Below, one piece after another: positions 10,362-20,394 of a DNA stretch of 64,000 bases; the stretch's first letter is position 1, and every line of letters starts with the position of its first letter. Position numbers and translations under genes: made by a program. The notes beneath the pieces are model-generated. The model saw nothing but the letters and a program-made list of their open reading frames with translations. It did no database searches and had not been told where the DNA came from. This stretch comes from Bdellovibrio sp. (GTDB lineage: Bacteria > Bdellovibrionota > Bdellovibrionia > Bdellovibrionales > Bdellovibrionaceae), in the NCBI GenBank assembly GCA_036677065.1, contig JAKFBS010000002.1, positions 160,001 through 224,000 of the forward strand. The letters run 5' to 3'.

Positions 10362-11093
10362 ATGTCTATTAATAAGGGTCTAATTTCATTTTTATTTTCA
10401 GTAACTTTGGTGTGCTCAGCGCAAGCCGAAAACGCCGAACCTTCGACGCAAGAAAAAGTCACAGAAGCGGTGCAATCTGGCGTTGAACAAGTTCAAAAAG
10501 CTTTAAGTCATTCACGCTTAATCAGACAAAACTCAGATTATTTCACCACTTTAAATTTTGCCCCGATTGATTTGGTTTTACCCAGTAAGTTTGGCCTAAC
10601 TGCAGGATTTGTCAGCGATGCAGATTTTACCTGGGAGCTTGAATATTTAAAAAGTAGCGTGTCAGTGCCATTTATTATCGAAGATCTTGGCGAAATGACA
10701 GACGAACGTCTTTCGGTTATTCGCCGTAACTATTTCGGAACTGAAACTTTTAATTTAAGTTACGGTTTAAGTTATTATAAATTTAAACTGCATATCGGGA
10801 ATAAATATTTATCATCTGTTGTGGCCAACGCACCTGATGTAGATTTAATCCGTGTCGAATCGTTAGGATTTAACATCGGCATTGGTAACCGCTGGATTTT
10901 TTCAAACCGCTGGATGGTGGGCGTTGATTGGATCTCTTGGGCACAGCCGGTATTAACAACACGTAATAACAATAAGTTTGCAGACGTTGCTACTGATGAA
11001 GATGTTAAAGACACTTCTAAAACACTGGTTAAATTAGTCTCTTGGGTTCCGCGGATAACACTTTTAAAACTACAAGCAGGGTATAGTTTCTAA
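10362..11093 (+). CDS. Secreted, probable outer-membrane beta-barrel protein
   Basis: Signal peptide, amphipathic strands, C-terminal QAGYSF. Confidence 0.65.
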   Translation: MSINKGLISFLFSVTLVCSAQAENAEPSTQEKVTEAVQSGVEQVQKALSHSRLIRQNSDYFTTLNFAPIDLVLPSKFGLTAGFVSDADFTWELEYLKSSVSVPFIIEDLGEMTDERLSVIRRNYFGTETFNLSYGLSYYKFKLHIGNKYLSSVVANAPDVDLIRVESLGFNIGIGNRWIFSNRWMVGVDWISWAQPVLTTRNNNKFADVATDEDVKDTSKTLVKLVSWVPRITLLKLQAGYSF

Positions 11094-11620
11094 TGAATTT
11101 TAATATCAATCACAATAATCAACATTTCTTGTTTCGTTTAGCTACTGATAAGGATGTTGCTCAAATCAGAGTATTAGTAAACGAAGCCTACAAAGAACTT
11201 GCCGACCAAGGCTTAAATTACACAGCTTCATACCAAGACGAAGAAGAAACTCGTAAACGCATGAATCAAGGAAGAGCATTTGTTTTAGTGAGCGGTTCTG
11301 AAATCGTAGGCAGTGTTTTATTTTTTGAAAAAAATTATTTCACCGAGAAAAAATCTGCTTATATCGGACAATTTGCGATAACTCCAAAACTAGCACGCCA
11401 AGGGCTTGGTTCGATTATCATGGATTTTTGTGAACAGCTGGCCAACGACGAAAAGTATGAATCTATTCAACTGGATACGGCAAAACCTGCCAAACATCTC
11501 GTTGATTGGTATCAAAGCCGCGGTTATAAAATTGTCGGTGAAAAACACTGGGATGGAAAAACCTACGACTCGTTCATCATGGAAAAAACCTTACGAGCCG
11601 CATTCGCTAAAAAGAAGTAG
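11093..11620 (+). CDS. GNAT acetyltransferase
   Basis: FAITPKLARQGLGS; LDTAKPAKHLVDWYQSRGY. Confidence 0.9.
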   Translation: MNFNINHNNQHFLFRLATDKDVAQIRVLVNEAYKELADQGLNYTASYQDEEETRKRMNQGRAFVLVSGSEIVGSVLFFEKNYFTEKKSAYIGQFAITPKLARQGLGSIIMDFCEQLANDEKYESIQLDTAKPAKHLVDWYQSRGYKIVGEKHWDGKTYDSFIMEKTLRAAFAKKK

Positions 11621-13670
11621 GGCAAAGTAAAGCAGCCTTCGGTCCTTTTTCAACACCCGGAACACAAAATACAGCTGTTCCGTCATTTAATGATTTAAAC
11701 TCGACTGCATTTTCGCCTAATGATTTTTTGCTGGCTGCATTTAAAAAATCCACATATTGATTAGCTGTAGGCGCATCCCAATAGGTCGGGCTGATATGGC
11801 TATTTTTAGTCGGAATAATCTGCGACGCCGCCAGCATAAGGTGTCCGTTAGTGAAAGAATAATAATTTTTCACAAATAAACCAAAACGATTCCATAGCGG
11901 AAACTCACCCGAACTGTAGTTTTTGCCACCTAAGAATAATAAATTACCTAAGCTATAGGCTACAAAAGATTTCTGATTAAATTCAATCGGGCGCACATTG
12001 TGCGTATGGTGACCGATAACTAAATCAATGGCGTAACTTTTAATTAAGGCCATTTTAGCTTCGATATTGCGGTTTTCTGAACGTTGACGTTGTTTGCCGT
12101 CTTTAGTTAAAGCCGTATCATCATCAGGCTTTTCGCCATTTTTCGTGTACACCGATAATTCCATACCTTCATGAATAGAAACGATACGTAAATCAGCCGG
12201 AGTATTTTTTAAATTTTCTAAAATGATTTTTAAATCTGCATACTCTGGGCAAGGAACCATGGCTCTTTCGGCTTTGCCATTTTTACACATGCGCACAGAT
12301 AACATTCCGTTCGTATCTTGAGCAGGAGCCCATGAGGTCTCCCAGTGAGGGCGGTCATCGCCTTTCATGCCAATAGCCACAAAAGCAATACGAAGACCGT
12401 TCACTTCCATGATTTGCGGAAGCGTCGTTTCTTGTAGATTGCCAAGGCCTGATAGGTAAACTTGTTTGCCGGCTCGGGATTGAATGTCTTTAAGATGAGC
12501 TACAGTTTCGTCAATACCAGCTTGGTCATAATCATAGGCGTGATTATTTGCTGAAGAGATCATATTAAAACCAACTTGATTCACTAAATACTCAACACCT
12601 TTGGGATGACTTTTTTGTGGATATTTTTTGCCCTCGATAATTGGCAGTTGCACGTTTGTTTTCTCAGAAACAACGCTTTCTAAATTCATAAAATTTAAAT
12701 CATTGCCTGCCGTCATTTTTTTAAGACCGACAGTCATTTGCTCCCAAGTCTGAAATGAACTAAACGTGCTGCCGGTGGCATTTAGTTTATCAGAACCAGG
12801 GCGTGAAAGACTTACGTCTCCGCCCATACCAATCACGATTTCTTGCGTTACTGATTGTGGTTTGCGCTCAGTTAAATAAGTTTCTGGATTTTGCAGGTTT
12901 TCGTAAGTTAAAACACCTTTTTTATATTTTGCATATTCTAGCACTGATAAACGACGGCCGATGTCCTGTGAAATTTTATATATTTCAGATGCGGCTTCAA
13001 CGCCGACGTATCTCCAGTGCCAAGGTTCAAAATTGTATTGTGTGATCGGGTTGGTTTCAACTTTCAAATCTTTTGAATAGCGCGGATAACTCATGGCGAT
13101 TCCATAGTTATGGGCATTGTTTAAAAGCCATTCATACTCTTTACATTTATTCTGTGGGCAGCGCTCTTTAATATCTGGGTAAGATAGAGTAGGGCCAAGG
13201 CTTGGGTAAACTAAATCAAACGTCGCACCTAATTGGTGTTCGCTACGGCCAGGAACAGCACTGACACTTTGAACATAAGCCGTTAGCTCTTCTTCAGTTT
13301 TGAATTTATCTTTAAATTTAGGAAATTTACTGGCGTAAGTTGAACACTGAGAATCAAAACTTCTATAACCTGAATAAATTTTAATAGTCACATCAGAAGC
13401 TTTAGCGGCAGTCGTCATTGCGATAAAAGCCTGAAGCACTTCTGCGCGCAATTTTTCGTTAGAGCCTGACTTGTTCCAAGTAAGATCTTTAGGTACTGAA
13501 ACTAAATCAGTCGGGGCGTAAGAGCGTTTTAATTTATGAGCTTCTTCTTTGCTGATTAAAGCTAAATAATCAGAACCATCTTGTTTGCCGTCATCAATAC
13601 AATATTTAGAGGCGGCGAAGGCATTTAGACTTGTTGATATAAATAACGTTGTTAGTAAAAGTTTTTTCAT
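11607..13670 (-). CDS. Secreted fusion: M15B/VanY-type carboxypeptidase + CapA/PGA_cap metallophosphoesterase-like domain
   Basis: N-half SGYRS, PGRSEHQLGATFD, FEPWHWRYVG; C-half GDV, NLES, ANNHAYDY, HEG, GHHTH, YSLGN; MKK signal peptide. Confidence 0.8.
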   Translation of the reverse strand: MKKLLLTTLFISTSLNAFAASKYCIDDGKQDGSDYLALISKEEAHKLKRSYAPTDLVSVPKDLTWNKSGSNEKLRAEVLQAFIAMTTAAKASDVTIKIYSGYRSFDSQCSTYASKFPKFKDKFKTEEELTAYVQSVSAVPGRSEHQLGATFDLVYPSLGPTLSYPDIKERCPQNKCKEYEWLLNNAHNYGIAMSYPRYSKDLKVETNPITQYNFEPWHWRYVGVEAASEIYKISQDIGRRLSVLEYAKYKKGVLTYENLQNPETYLTERKPQSVTQEIVIGMGGDVSLSRPGSDKLNATGSTFSSFQTWEQMTVGLKKMTAGNDLNFMNLESVVSEKTNVQLPIIEGKKYPQKSHPKGVEYLVNQVGFNMISSANNHAYDYDQAGIDETVAHLKDIQSRAGKQVYLSGLGNLQETTLPQIMEVNGLRIAFVAIGMKGDDRPHWETSWAPAQDTNGMLSVRMCKNGKAERAMVPCPEYADLKIILENLKNTPADLRIVSIHEGMELSVYTKNGEKPDDDTALTKDGKQRQRSENRNIEAKMALIKSYAIDLVIGHHTHNVRPIEFNQKSFVAYSLGNLLFLGGKNYSSGEFPLWNRFGLFVKNYYSFTNGHLMLAASQIIPTKNSHISPTYWDAPTANQYVDFLNAASKKSLGENAVEFKSLNDGTAVFCVPGVEKGPKAALLCPTSF

Positions 13671-13671
13671 G

Positions 13672-14859
13672 TTATTTAACCTTTTCTAATAAGTAAGCTC
13701 TGCGCTCGTCGATTTGTTTTTTACGTTTTAAAAATAAATTTTGAATTTCTGCTTTTGTGTAGGGAGCATTTTTACGGCTAACATCCTGAGACCCCATTTG
13801 CAGAATTTCAGGGTTGGTTAAGTACTCAGAAATTTCGCTATGTAACTGAGTTAACAATTTATCAGTCGTGCTTTGATTTAAGCGGTTAACTAACAGATCA
13901 AACATTGTAAATTTAAATTGCGAATACATATAGACATTGCTCGGAGAAAAAGCGCGGTCTAAACGATCTTCGTAGCTATATAAGATAGAATCTTTATTTT
14001 CTGGTTTGGCTGCTTCGGTTGCATTGGTTGTTACCCCATGCATTGGTTTAAATAAGTCATCAAAATCCCAAGGCACTGCGCGAAAATAGATTTTACCTTG
14101 TTTGTACATATCGCCATCAACATAGAAAAAAATCTCATCCGGAAAATCACCGTTTGTGTAAAGTGAATTCATCGCCATCCAGCGCATGTAAGCTTCGATA
14201 TCCATTTTTTGTTTCAGGCTATTAAAAAGAGTGGCATCCTTTTTTGTAGCTACATCCGTATAAATTGAATCAGCAACAGCTTTAATTTCAGTCACTTGCT
14301 CTGGTGTTAGCTTTTTAGAAATATCAGCATCGTCATGAAATAAACGCGATTTGTAGCCACGGCGTACGACATAAGGGCTGTTCGCTGTTATTGCTGCTTT
14401 TGGTTTTTCAACAACAGCATATAGACCGTTGGTTTTGCCGTTAATTTTTACTTCAACATATTCAGTAGGTAATGGAGTTCCAATATTTAACAATTCGGCA
14501 GTCATAATCCCTAAGCGAGATGAAATATAGCCTGGATCTGCTGACATACTTAATAAGTTGATTTTTTTGGCTTCAATGCGGCCCAGTTGAATTTTTTGCG
14601 TTAGTTTTAATCCGAAGTTTTTACGACGGTAGCCAAGCGAACCTTGGCCACGTGTTTCCATTTCTTCGGCAAGAATCGGAACTTCTGTGTTTAATTTAAA
14701 CTGAGCTTGAGCAAAAATGTATTTTTCTGCATGGCCTTTATAAAGAGCCAGATCATTTGAATTTACAGAAAGTTCAATAACGTTGTAAGCAAAGGCTGAC
14801 GACACAAAAGTAATCTGCGCTAAAGCGATTAAAATGCCTTTTTTAAAACCCTGTGTCAT
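13672..14859 (-). CDS. CotH-family secreted kinase
   Basis: RGQGS...RKNF, YVEVKING..GLYAVVE, NGD, PWDFD; signal peptide. Start moved to ATG 14859 (GAGGAG RBS). Confidence 0.8.
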   Translation of the reverse strand: MTQGFKKGILIALAQITFVSSAFAYNVIELSVNSNDLALYKGHAEKYIFAQAQFKLNTEVPILAEEMETRGQGSLGYRRKNFGLKLTQKIQLGRIEAKKINLLSMSADPGYISSRLGIMTAELLNIGTPLPTEYVEVKINGKTNGLYAVVEKPKAAITANSPYVVRRGYKSRLFHDDADISKKLTPEQVTEIKAVADSIYTDVATKKDATLFNSLKQKMDIEAYMRWMAMNSLYTNGDFPDEIFFYVDGDMYKQGKIYFRAVPWDFDDLFKPMHGVTTNATEAAKPENKDSILYSYEDRLDRAFSPSNVYMYSQFKFTMFDLLVNRLNQSTTDKLLTQLHSEISEYLTNPEILQMGSQDVSRKNAPYTKAEIQNLFLKRKKQIDERRAYLLEKVK

Positions 14860-14898
14860 TGTGTTACTCCTCAAGAAAAGTTCCTCAAGGATTACAAG

Positions 14899-14914
14899 TG
14901 CATAGGCTGTTCCG
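14899..14914 (-). promoter_or_regulatory. Sigma54-type promoter of the cotH / vanY-capA operon
   Basis: Minus strand CGGAACAGCCTATGCA = GG-N10-GC. Confidence 0.55.
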
Positions 14915-15050
14915 TTTAATGCGCATTCAGCTTACGAATAGCTATGTCAAATTAGGACAGAGCTGTTAAAGGTCATCATAGCTGTTAGCTTTTTGACAGC
15001 TGTCTCATTTTGAGATTATGCTAAAACCCTGTTTAAAAAGTGGAGTTTTT

Positions 15051-16409
15051 ATGTCTTTAGTTGTTTCAAAATTCGGTGGCACTTCGATGGGTAATGCAGA
15101 ATGCATGTTGCGTTCAGCAGACGTTTCGGTGCAGCAGAACTCTTATCTTATCTGTGTGTCTGCAACTTCAGGTTCAACCAATCAACTCATCGCTTTAGGC
15201 CAGACTGCAGAAAAAGGCCAATCAGACCAAGTGCAAAAGTTGGCTTCAGAGCTTATCGCCAAACACCAATACATCGCTAAAGACTTAGGTTTACCGCAAG
15301 ATCACGCCCCACTTTCAGTGTTATTTGAAGAAATATTATCTATCGCTAAAGGTATGCAATTATTAAAAGACTGTTCGCCGCGCGCTTTAGATATTTTATT
15401 AAGCCTAGGTGAACGTACGTCGTCAGCATTGTTTGCGCAGGCGATGAAAACAGCCTTAGCTAAAGCCGGCGTAAAAAAAGAAGTTATTTTATTTGATGCC
15501 CGTGAAGTGATAGCGACAGATGACCAATTCGGTAAAGCACGCCCGCAAATTGCAAAAATTTATGAATTAGCCCAAAAAGAAATTCTTAATAAATACCCGC
15601 AAGAAAAATACGTGATCGTAACTCAAGGTTATATTGGTAAAAGTTTATCAGGGCATTCAACAACACTAGGTCGCGGTGGCAGTGATTATTCAGCAGCGTT
15701 ATTCGCTGAAGGCTTAGATGCAACGACTTTAGAAATTTGGACAGATGTGACGGGGATTGCAACGACTGATCCCCGCATCTGTAAAGAAGCTAAATTTATT
15801 GATGAAATCTCATTTAAAGAAGCTTCAGAGATGGCGATCTTTGGCGCCAAAGTTTTACATCCGGCGACTGTAGAGCCGGCAATGCGAAAAAATATTCCAG
15901 TATTCGTAGGTTCAAGTTTTGATCCGCAGAAAAAAGGCACTTGGGTTCGTAAAGAAGTAAAACAAGCTCCTTTGATGCGTGCACTTGCTTTAAGAAAAAA
16001 TCAAAGTTTAGTCACCTTATCAACGCCAGAGATGCTACAAACGCATGGTTTCCTGTTTAAAATTTTTAAAGTCTTCAACGATCATTCAGTTTCGATTGAT
16101 GCGATCACAACCTCTGAGATTTCAGTTTCGGTGACGATTGATGGTGAGATCCTTGCTGATTCAAAACTGGTGCAGGATTTAAGACAATTTGCCGAAGTGC
16201 AGATCGAATGTGGTTATAGTTTAGTATCCCTGATCGGGAATAACATTAATCACACGGCAGGCCTTGCGAAAAAAATCTTCACAGCTATTGAAGATATCAA
16301 CGTCAGAATGATTTGCTTAGGAGCCAGTAAACACAACTTTTGTTTCTTGGTTGATGGCACTCAGGGTGATAAAGCGATTCAGAAATTACATAACGAATTC
16401 ATTCAGTAA
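15051..16409 (+). CDS. lysC: Aspartate kinase (lysine-sensitive AKIII type)
   Basis: VSKFGGTS, TTLGRGGSDYSA, WTDVTG, GAKVLHP, two ACT domains; GGAG RBS before ATG 15051. Confidence 0.93.
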   Translation: MSLVVSKFGGTSMGNAECMLRSADVSVQQNSYLICVSATSGSTNQLIALGQTAEKGQSDQVQKLASELIAKHQYIAKDLGLPQDHAPLSVLFEEILSIAKGMQLLKDCSPRALDILLSLGERTSSALFAQAMKTALAKAGVKKEVILFDAREVIATDDQFGKARPQIAKIYELAQKEILNKYPQEKYVIVTQGYIGKSLSGHSTTLGRGGSDYSAALFAEGLDATTLEIWTDVTGIATTDPRICKEAKFIDEISFKEASEMAIFGAKVLHPATVEPAMRKNIPVFVGSSFDPQKKGTWVRKEVKQAPLMRALALRKNQSLVTLSTPEMLQTHGFLFKIFKVFNDHSVSIDAITTSEISVSVTIDGEILADSKLVQDLRQFAEVQIECGYSLVSLIGNNINHTAGLAKKIFTAIEDINVRMICLGASKHNFCFLVDGTQGDKAIQKLHNEFIQ

Positions 16410-16788
16410 CTTTACTTTAAACAGTGATGCGATCGCTTATTTGACCGCGTTGCTCAGTCCAGCCGCAGAATATTGAATCAACCTTTGTTTGAAAAAACGC
16501 TTTGTGTTAAAAATAATTAAGCCTAATTTTTAAGCCAACCCATAAGTTTTGTTTATGCCAGATAACACTTCTCATTATCTTTTGTGATGAAACCTAATTA
16601 TTTTGCATTAGGTGCCAACTTGGAACCCATTTGCAATTTCAGATCATTTCACTTTTTTATTATTACGTAACTCAGCGATTCTTTTGTTAAAAATTATTTT
16701 TGCCACTAGTTCCAAATTGGGTTTCACTTATTAGCAATCAGGATCTAAGTCCAGTAAACAAACATTATCCACCACGGAAAGAGGGATT

Positions 16789-18447
16789 ATGAAAATCATC
16801 ATGAAATCAGTTGTCGCATTAGTAGCCACAGTTGCAATGTGCAATGTTGCTTCAGCGAAGGATCGCTATCTTGTTATCTACAAAAGCCAACAAGGTTACG
16901 CAGCAATGAATCAATATATGTTAACAGAAGGTGTATCTTCATTAAAAGTTGAAGACTCTTTAGTTCACATCAGCGGTCAAGTTTTAGAAACTTCAAACGT
17001 TAACGCGATTAACGCTTTAAGAAATCACCCTGAAGTAGAAGTTATCGAAGCTGAAACTTTCAGACCATCTCCTAAGCCAATTCATGGTTTTAAATTAGTT
17101 AAAGCTGCTAAAACTTGGAACCAAGATTTAGAAGTTTCTGACAACTCTGATATCGATGCACAAGTTCCTCATTTAAATGAAGGTGTTTCTACTCCATGGG
17201 GTATCATGGCTGTTAATGCTGGTAACGCATGGGCAACTGCAAGCGCAGGTTCAAACGCACGCGTATTAGTATTAGATACTGGTATTGACCCAAATCACCC
17301 AGCATTAAAAAAGAACTTTGAAAAAGGCCGTAACTTTTTTCAATCATTTGATGGACCAAATCCAGAAGACTTCATCGATAAAGAAGGTCACGGTACTCAC
17401 TGTGCCGGAACAATCGCTGCTTCTTACAATGAAGCTACAGGCTTCACTGGTGTTGCTCCGCTTGCTAAAATCTTAATGGGCCGCGTGTGCGGTGAATTAG
17501 GTTGTTCTAATATCGCAGTTGCTCAAGGTATCAACTGGGGTGTTGAGCAAAAAGTTGATGTGATCTCTATGTCATTAGGTGGCCCATCGACTTCTTCAGC
17601 TGAACGTAAAGCTGTTCAAAATGCAGAAGCAGCGGGTGTTACAGTAGTTGCCGCTTCTGGTAACGGTGGAAACGCAGCTGTTTCTTTTCCAGCAGCTCTA
17701 CCAACAGTAGTTGCAGTTGGTGCGGTTGATTCTTCAATCAAAAAAACTAGCTTCTCTCAATGGGGTCCAGAATTAGACATCGTTGCTCCAGGTGCTGCGG
17801 TAGTTTCTACTGTACCACAAGGAACTGGCCGTGATTCAGTCACTGAAATCACTGTTGATGGCACAGCTACTTTAGTTAAATCTGCAGCGTTTTCTGGAAC
17901 AAAATTATTTCCAACGGCTAAGTTAGGTGAGTTAGTTCCTGCAGGTCTTGGTAAAGTAGAAGATTTCGCAAAAGTAAACGTTGCTGGTAAATTCGCATTA
18001 ATCAGCCGCGGTGAAATCGCTTTCGCTGAAAAAGTTAAAAATGCATTAGCTGCTAAAGCTATCGGTGTAGTTGTTTACAACAACACGACTGGTTTAATGC
18101 AAGGTGCTTTATCTGAAGATGGTACTGAATTAGATGTAGCTGTAGTTATGATCGAACAAACTGTTGGTCAAAAACTTGTTGAACAAATCACTGCTGGCCA
18201 AAAAGCATCGGCGGCGATTTCAACTTCGGCTTCTGACTATGCCATGTTTGACGGAACATCAATGGCAACTCCACATGTTGCTGGTGTTGTAGCTCTTATC
18301 AAATCGGCTAACAAAAAATTAACTCCTGTCCAAGTTAGAACAATCTTGGGAGCGACTGCTTTAGCATTAGCACCTAACGATGCTAACCAATACGGTAAAG
18401 GTTTAGTACAAGCTGATAAAGCTGTGAAAATGGCTGTTGGTCAGTAA
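16789..18447 (+). CDS. Secreted S8 subtilase with PA domain
   Basis: LDTG, HGTHCAG, AASGN, GTSMATPHV; PA insert ALISRGEIAFAEKV. Confidence 0.95.
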   Translation: MKIIMKSVVALVATVAMCNVASAKDRYLVIYKSQQGYAAMNQYMLTEGVSSLKVEDSLVHISGQVLETSNVNAINALRNHPEVEVIEAETFRPSPKPIHGFKLVKAAKTWNQDLEVSDNSDIDAQVPHLNEGVSTPWGIMAVNAGNAWATASAGSNARVLVLDTGIDPNHPALKKNFEKGRNFFQSFDGPNPEDFIDKEGHGTHCAGTIAASYNEATGFTGVAPLAKILMGRVCGELGCSNIAVAQGINWGVEQKVDVISMSLGGPSTSSAERKAVQNAEAAGVTVVAASGNGGNAAVSFPAALPTVVAVGAVDSSIKKTSFSQWGPELDIVAPGAAVVSTVPQGTGRDSVTEITVDGTATLVKSAAFSGTKLFPTAKLGELVPAGLGKVEDFAKVNVAGKFALISRGEIAFAEKVKNALAAKAIGVVVYNNTTGLMQGALSEDGTELDVAVVMIEQTVGQKLVEQITAGQKASAAISTSASDYAMFDGTSMATPHVAGVVALIKSANKKLTPVQVRTILGATALALAPNDANQYGKGLVQADKAVKMAVGQ

Positions 18448-18506
18448 TACACTACCCAAATTTAGGGTAGTTCATGGATGAATAACTCTTTCTAGATATA
18501 AAACTT

Positions 18507-18540
18507 AAAAACCCAAGGTGTTAAAGCCTTGGGTTTTTTT
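18507..18540. terminator. Intrinsic terminator, probably bidirectional
   Basis: AAAAACCCAAGG...CCTTGGGTTTTTTT between convergent genes. Confidence 0.85.
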
Positions 18541-18558
18541 ATTTTTTGATTTTATTAT

Positions 18559-18957
18559 TTATTTATACTGTGCTGGAAATGACGAGCGAAGTATAAGTTC
18601 TACCTGGCCATCAGTGGTCATTACATTACCTTGATCATTCATAGAACAGGGCACTTCCCAAGTTCCTTCTTCGTCATTAGGGTCGTCGTAAATCAATTTA
18701 CCTGATGCTGAAACTCCTAAAAGATTATATTCCAAAGCGTATTCACTATTTTCATAATTCATCTTACCAGTCACTTTTCCATGAGTGTAACTTACAGATA
18801 CAACCGACACTGCGCCGTCATCACCCACATATTTCCATGTGGTATTCATAGCTTCACCTTTAGGAGAGTTGCCGACGTTTTCAGTCGTGCATTTTTTTGC
18901 GTGAGCCAAAGTTGAAAGTAATAAGATCGACACTAATGTAATGATTTGTTTTTTCAT
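18559..18957 (-). CDS. Small secreted hypothetical protein
   Basis: Start placed at MKKQIITLVSILLLSTLAHA (signal peptide), ATG 18957. Confidence 0.7.
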   Translation of the reverse strand: MKKQIITLVSILLLSTLAHAKKCTTENVGNSPKGEAMNTTWKYVGDDGAVSVVSVSYTHGKVTGKMNYENSEYALEYNLLGVSASGKLIYDDPNDEEGTWEVPCSMNDQGNVMTTDGQVELILRSSFPAQYK

Positions 18958-19080
18958 ACAGCTTTGAATTGCAGCCGGCGTACCAACTGCAATTCGGCTC
19001 AGAACCAATAAATAACAACCTAGCTGTCCAAGAAAATTCGAGTGACGAAAATTGAATTACAGCCGTCTCACTTCGAGAAT
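18943..19080 (-). repeat. ~140-bp promoter/signal-peptide cassette, copy A (sigma54 box at 18970-18985)
   Basis: Colinear with 35368-35506; contains TGGTACGCCGGCTGCA and GCTGCAATTCAAAGCTGTATGAAAAAACAAATC. Confidence 0.85.
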
Positions 19081-19088
19081 TAGGAATT

Positions 19089-19146
19089 AGGTAGGCCGTT
19101 ACTTTTTGGGATGCAGTGCTCCCCAAAAAGTAACGGCCTACCTTTT
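19089..19146. repeat. REP-like inverted doublet (22-bp perfect arms, 11-nt loop)
   Basis: AGGTAGGCCGTTACTTTTTGGG-N11-CCCAAAAAGTAACGGCCTACCT; related unit at 50808. Confidence 0.7.
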
Positions 19147-19750
19147 AAAGCATGATTGATAAAGTGAACGATAGATCTGTGGAATCGATTTTATCGAAGT
19201 AAGTATCAACTTCTTTTCCTGAAGTGTATCCAGCGCCTTCGATTTCTTTGAATTGATTGATGTTGTATTGAACGCCAAGGCCTACGTATCGAAACGGAAA
19301 AAACATCACGCCGGCCGTGTAGGTGTGGCCTGATAAGGTAAACCCTGGAAGGCTGCCTTCATCTTCAAATTTTAATTTGTTAAGCGGCGAGTAGCCCAAA
19401 TAAATTTTCATCGCGTTCATTGCGCTGACGCCAACTTGAAAACCTGCAATTGTGTGAGTGAATTTCGGTTTGTCTGTTTCGTTTCCTTCGATTTTGGCTT
19501 TGCCAGACATTTGCTCGCCCGCTAAGAGTAGGCTTACTCCAGCAGCTGATGTTACGCCGATTTTTAGACTGGCTACGGGGCCCGTCATTGAATACTTTGT
19601 TAAATCTTGTGATAGGTCAGTCAGTTTTAAAGATTCTTCTTTATAACCGATTCCTGGTTCGATAATGAATGCGCCTGCGGCTTTTGCTTTTGATGTAATT
19701 CCTGATGTCGTCACTAGCAAAACTAAAGATAAGATCGCCTTTTTGTTCAT
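19145..19750 (-). CDS. Outer-membrane beta-barrel protein (small, OmpA-like barrel size)
   Basis: Signal peptide, IEPGIGY start, alternating beta strands. Confidence 0.65.
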   Translation of the reverse strand: MNKKAILSLVLLVTTSGITSKAKAAGAFIIEPGIGYKEESLKLTDLSQDLTKYSMTGPVASLKIGVTSAAGVSLLLAGEQMSGKAKIEGNETDKPKFTHTIAGFQVGVSAMNAMKIYLGYSPLNKLKFEDEGSLPGFTLSGHTYTAGVMFFPFRYVGLGVQYNINQFKEIEGAGYTSGKEVDTYFDKIDSTDLSFTLSIML

Positions 19751-19863
19751 AGGATATTGTTCCTTGTTTTGGTTGTGGTTTTAATTCATTTTAAGCCATT
19801 TTTTCGAATGAAATGAGCAATAAATTGCGTCTTTCACATATCTTAGACTATAGTCGAAAGCCT

Positions 19864-20355
19864 ATGTCATACGTCGCTGAAAAATTGAACTATCAAAACA
19901 AAACTGAATTTTATCAAAAATTGAACGAAGAATTGAAGCACAATTTGGATAAACATTGGTTCACAAATCTATCGCAATTTTCAGCGCTAGTGTTTGATCA
20001 ATTGCCTGATGTAAATTGGGTGGGTTTTTACCTAAATGTCTCTAACGAGCTGATTCTAGGCCCTTTTCAGGGAAAACCCGCTTGCATGAAAATCAATTTC
20101 GGCCGCGGTGTATGTGGCACTTCAGCGCAAAAACGCGAAGCGATTTTAGTTGATGATGTAGAGGCCTTTCCAGGACACATTGCTTGTGATTCAGCTTCGC
20201 GTTCTGAAATTGTGGTTCCGTTAATACAAAATGATGTGGTCTTAGGCGTGCTGGATGTGGATTCGCCGTCACTTAAGCGCTTCACGCAAGACGACGTAAC
20301 TGGACTAAAGTTGCTGGTCAGTACGCTGCTAAATACGACGACAATTAGACTCTAG
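19864..20355 (+). CDS. msrC: GAF-domain free methionine-R-sulfoxide reductase
   Basis: NWVGFY, LGPFQGKPAC, GRGVCG, FPGHIACDSASRSEIVVP, LDVDS. Confidence 0.9.
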   Translation: MSYVAEKLNYQNKTEFYQKLNEELKHNLDKHWFTNLSQFSALVFDQLPDVNWVGFYLNVSNELILGPFQGKPACMKINFGRGVCGTSAQKREAILVDDVEAFPGHIACDSASRSEIVVPLIQNDVVLGVLDVDSPSLKRFTQDDVTGLKLLVSTLLNTTTIRL

Positions 20356-20394
20356 TCTAGAGCATAATAGGCGTGCTTTTACCGATAAGAAAGC

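Noticed and set aside
11607..13670. Vancomycin resistance or poly-gamma-glutamate capsule locus
   Set aside because: No vanHAX/vanRS or capBC in the window; both domains are widespread outside those systems.
14915..15050. Lysine riboswitch upstream of lysC
   Set aside because: Region too short, shared with a divergent promoter, and no L-box features recognised.
16621..16635. Sigma54-like TGGAACCCATTTGCA upstream of the S8 protease
   Set aside because: GG-to-GC spacing is 9, not the required 10.
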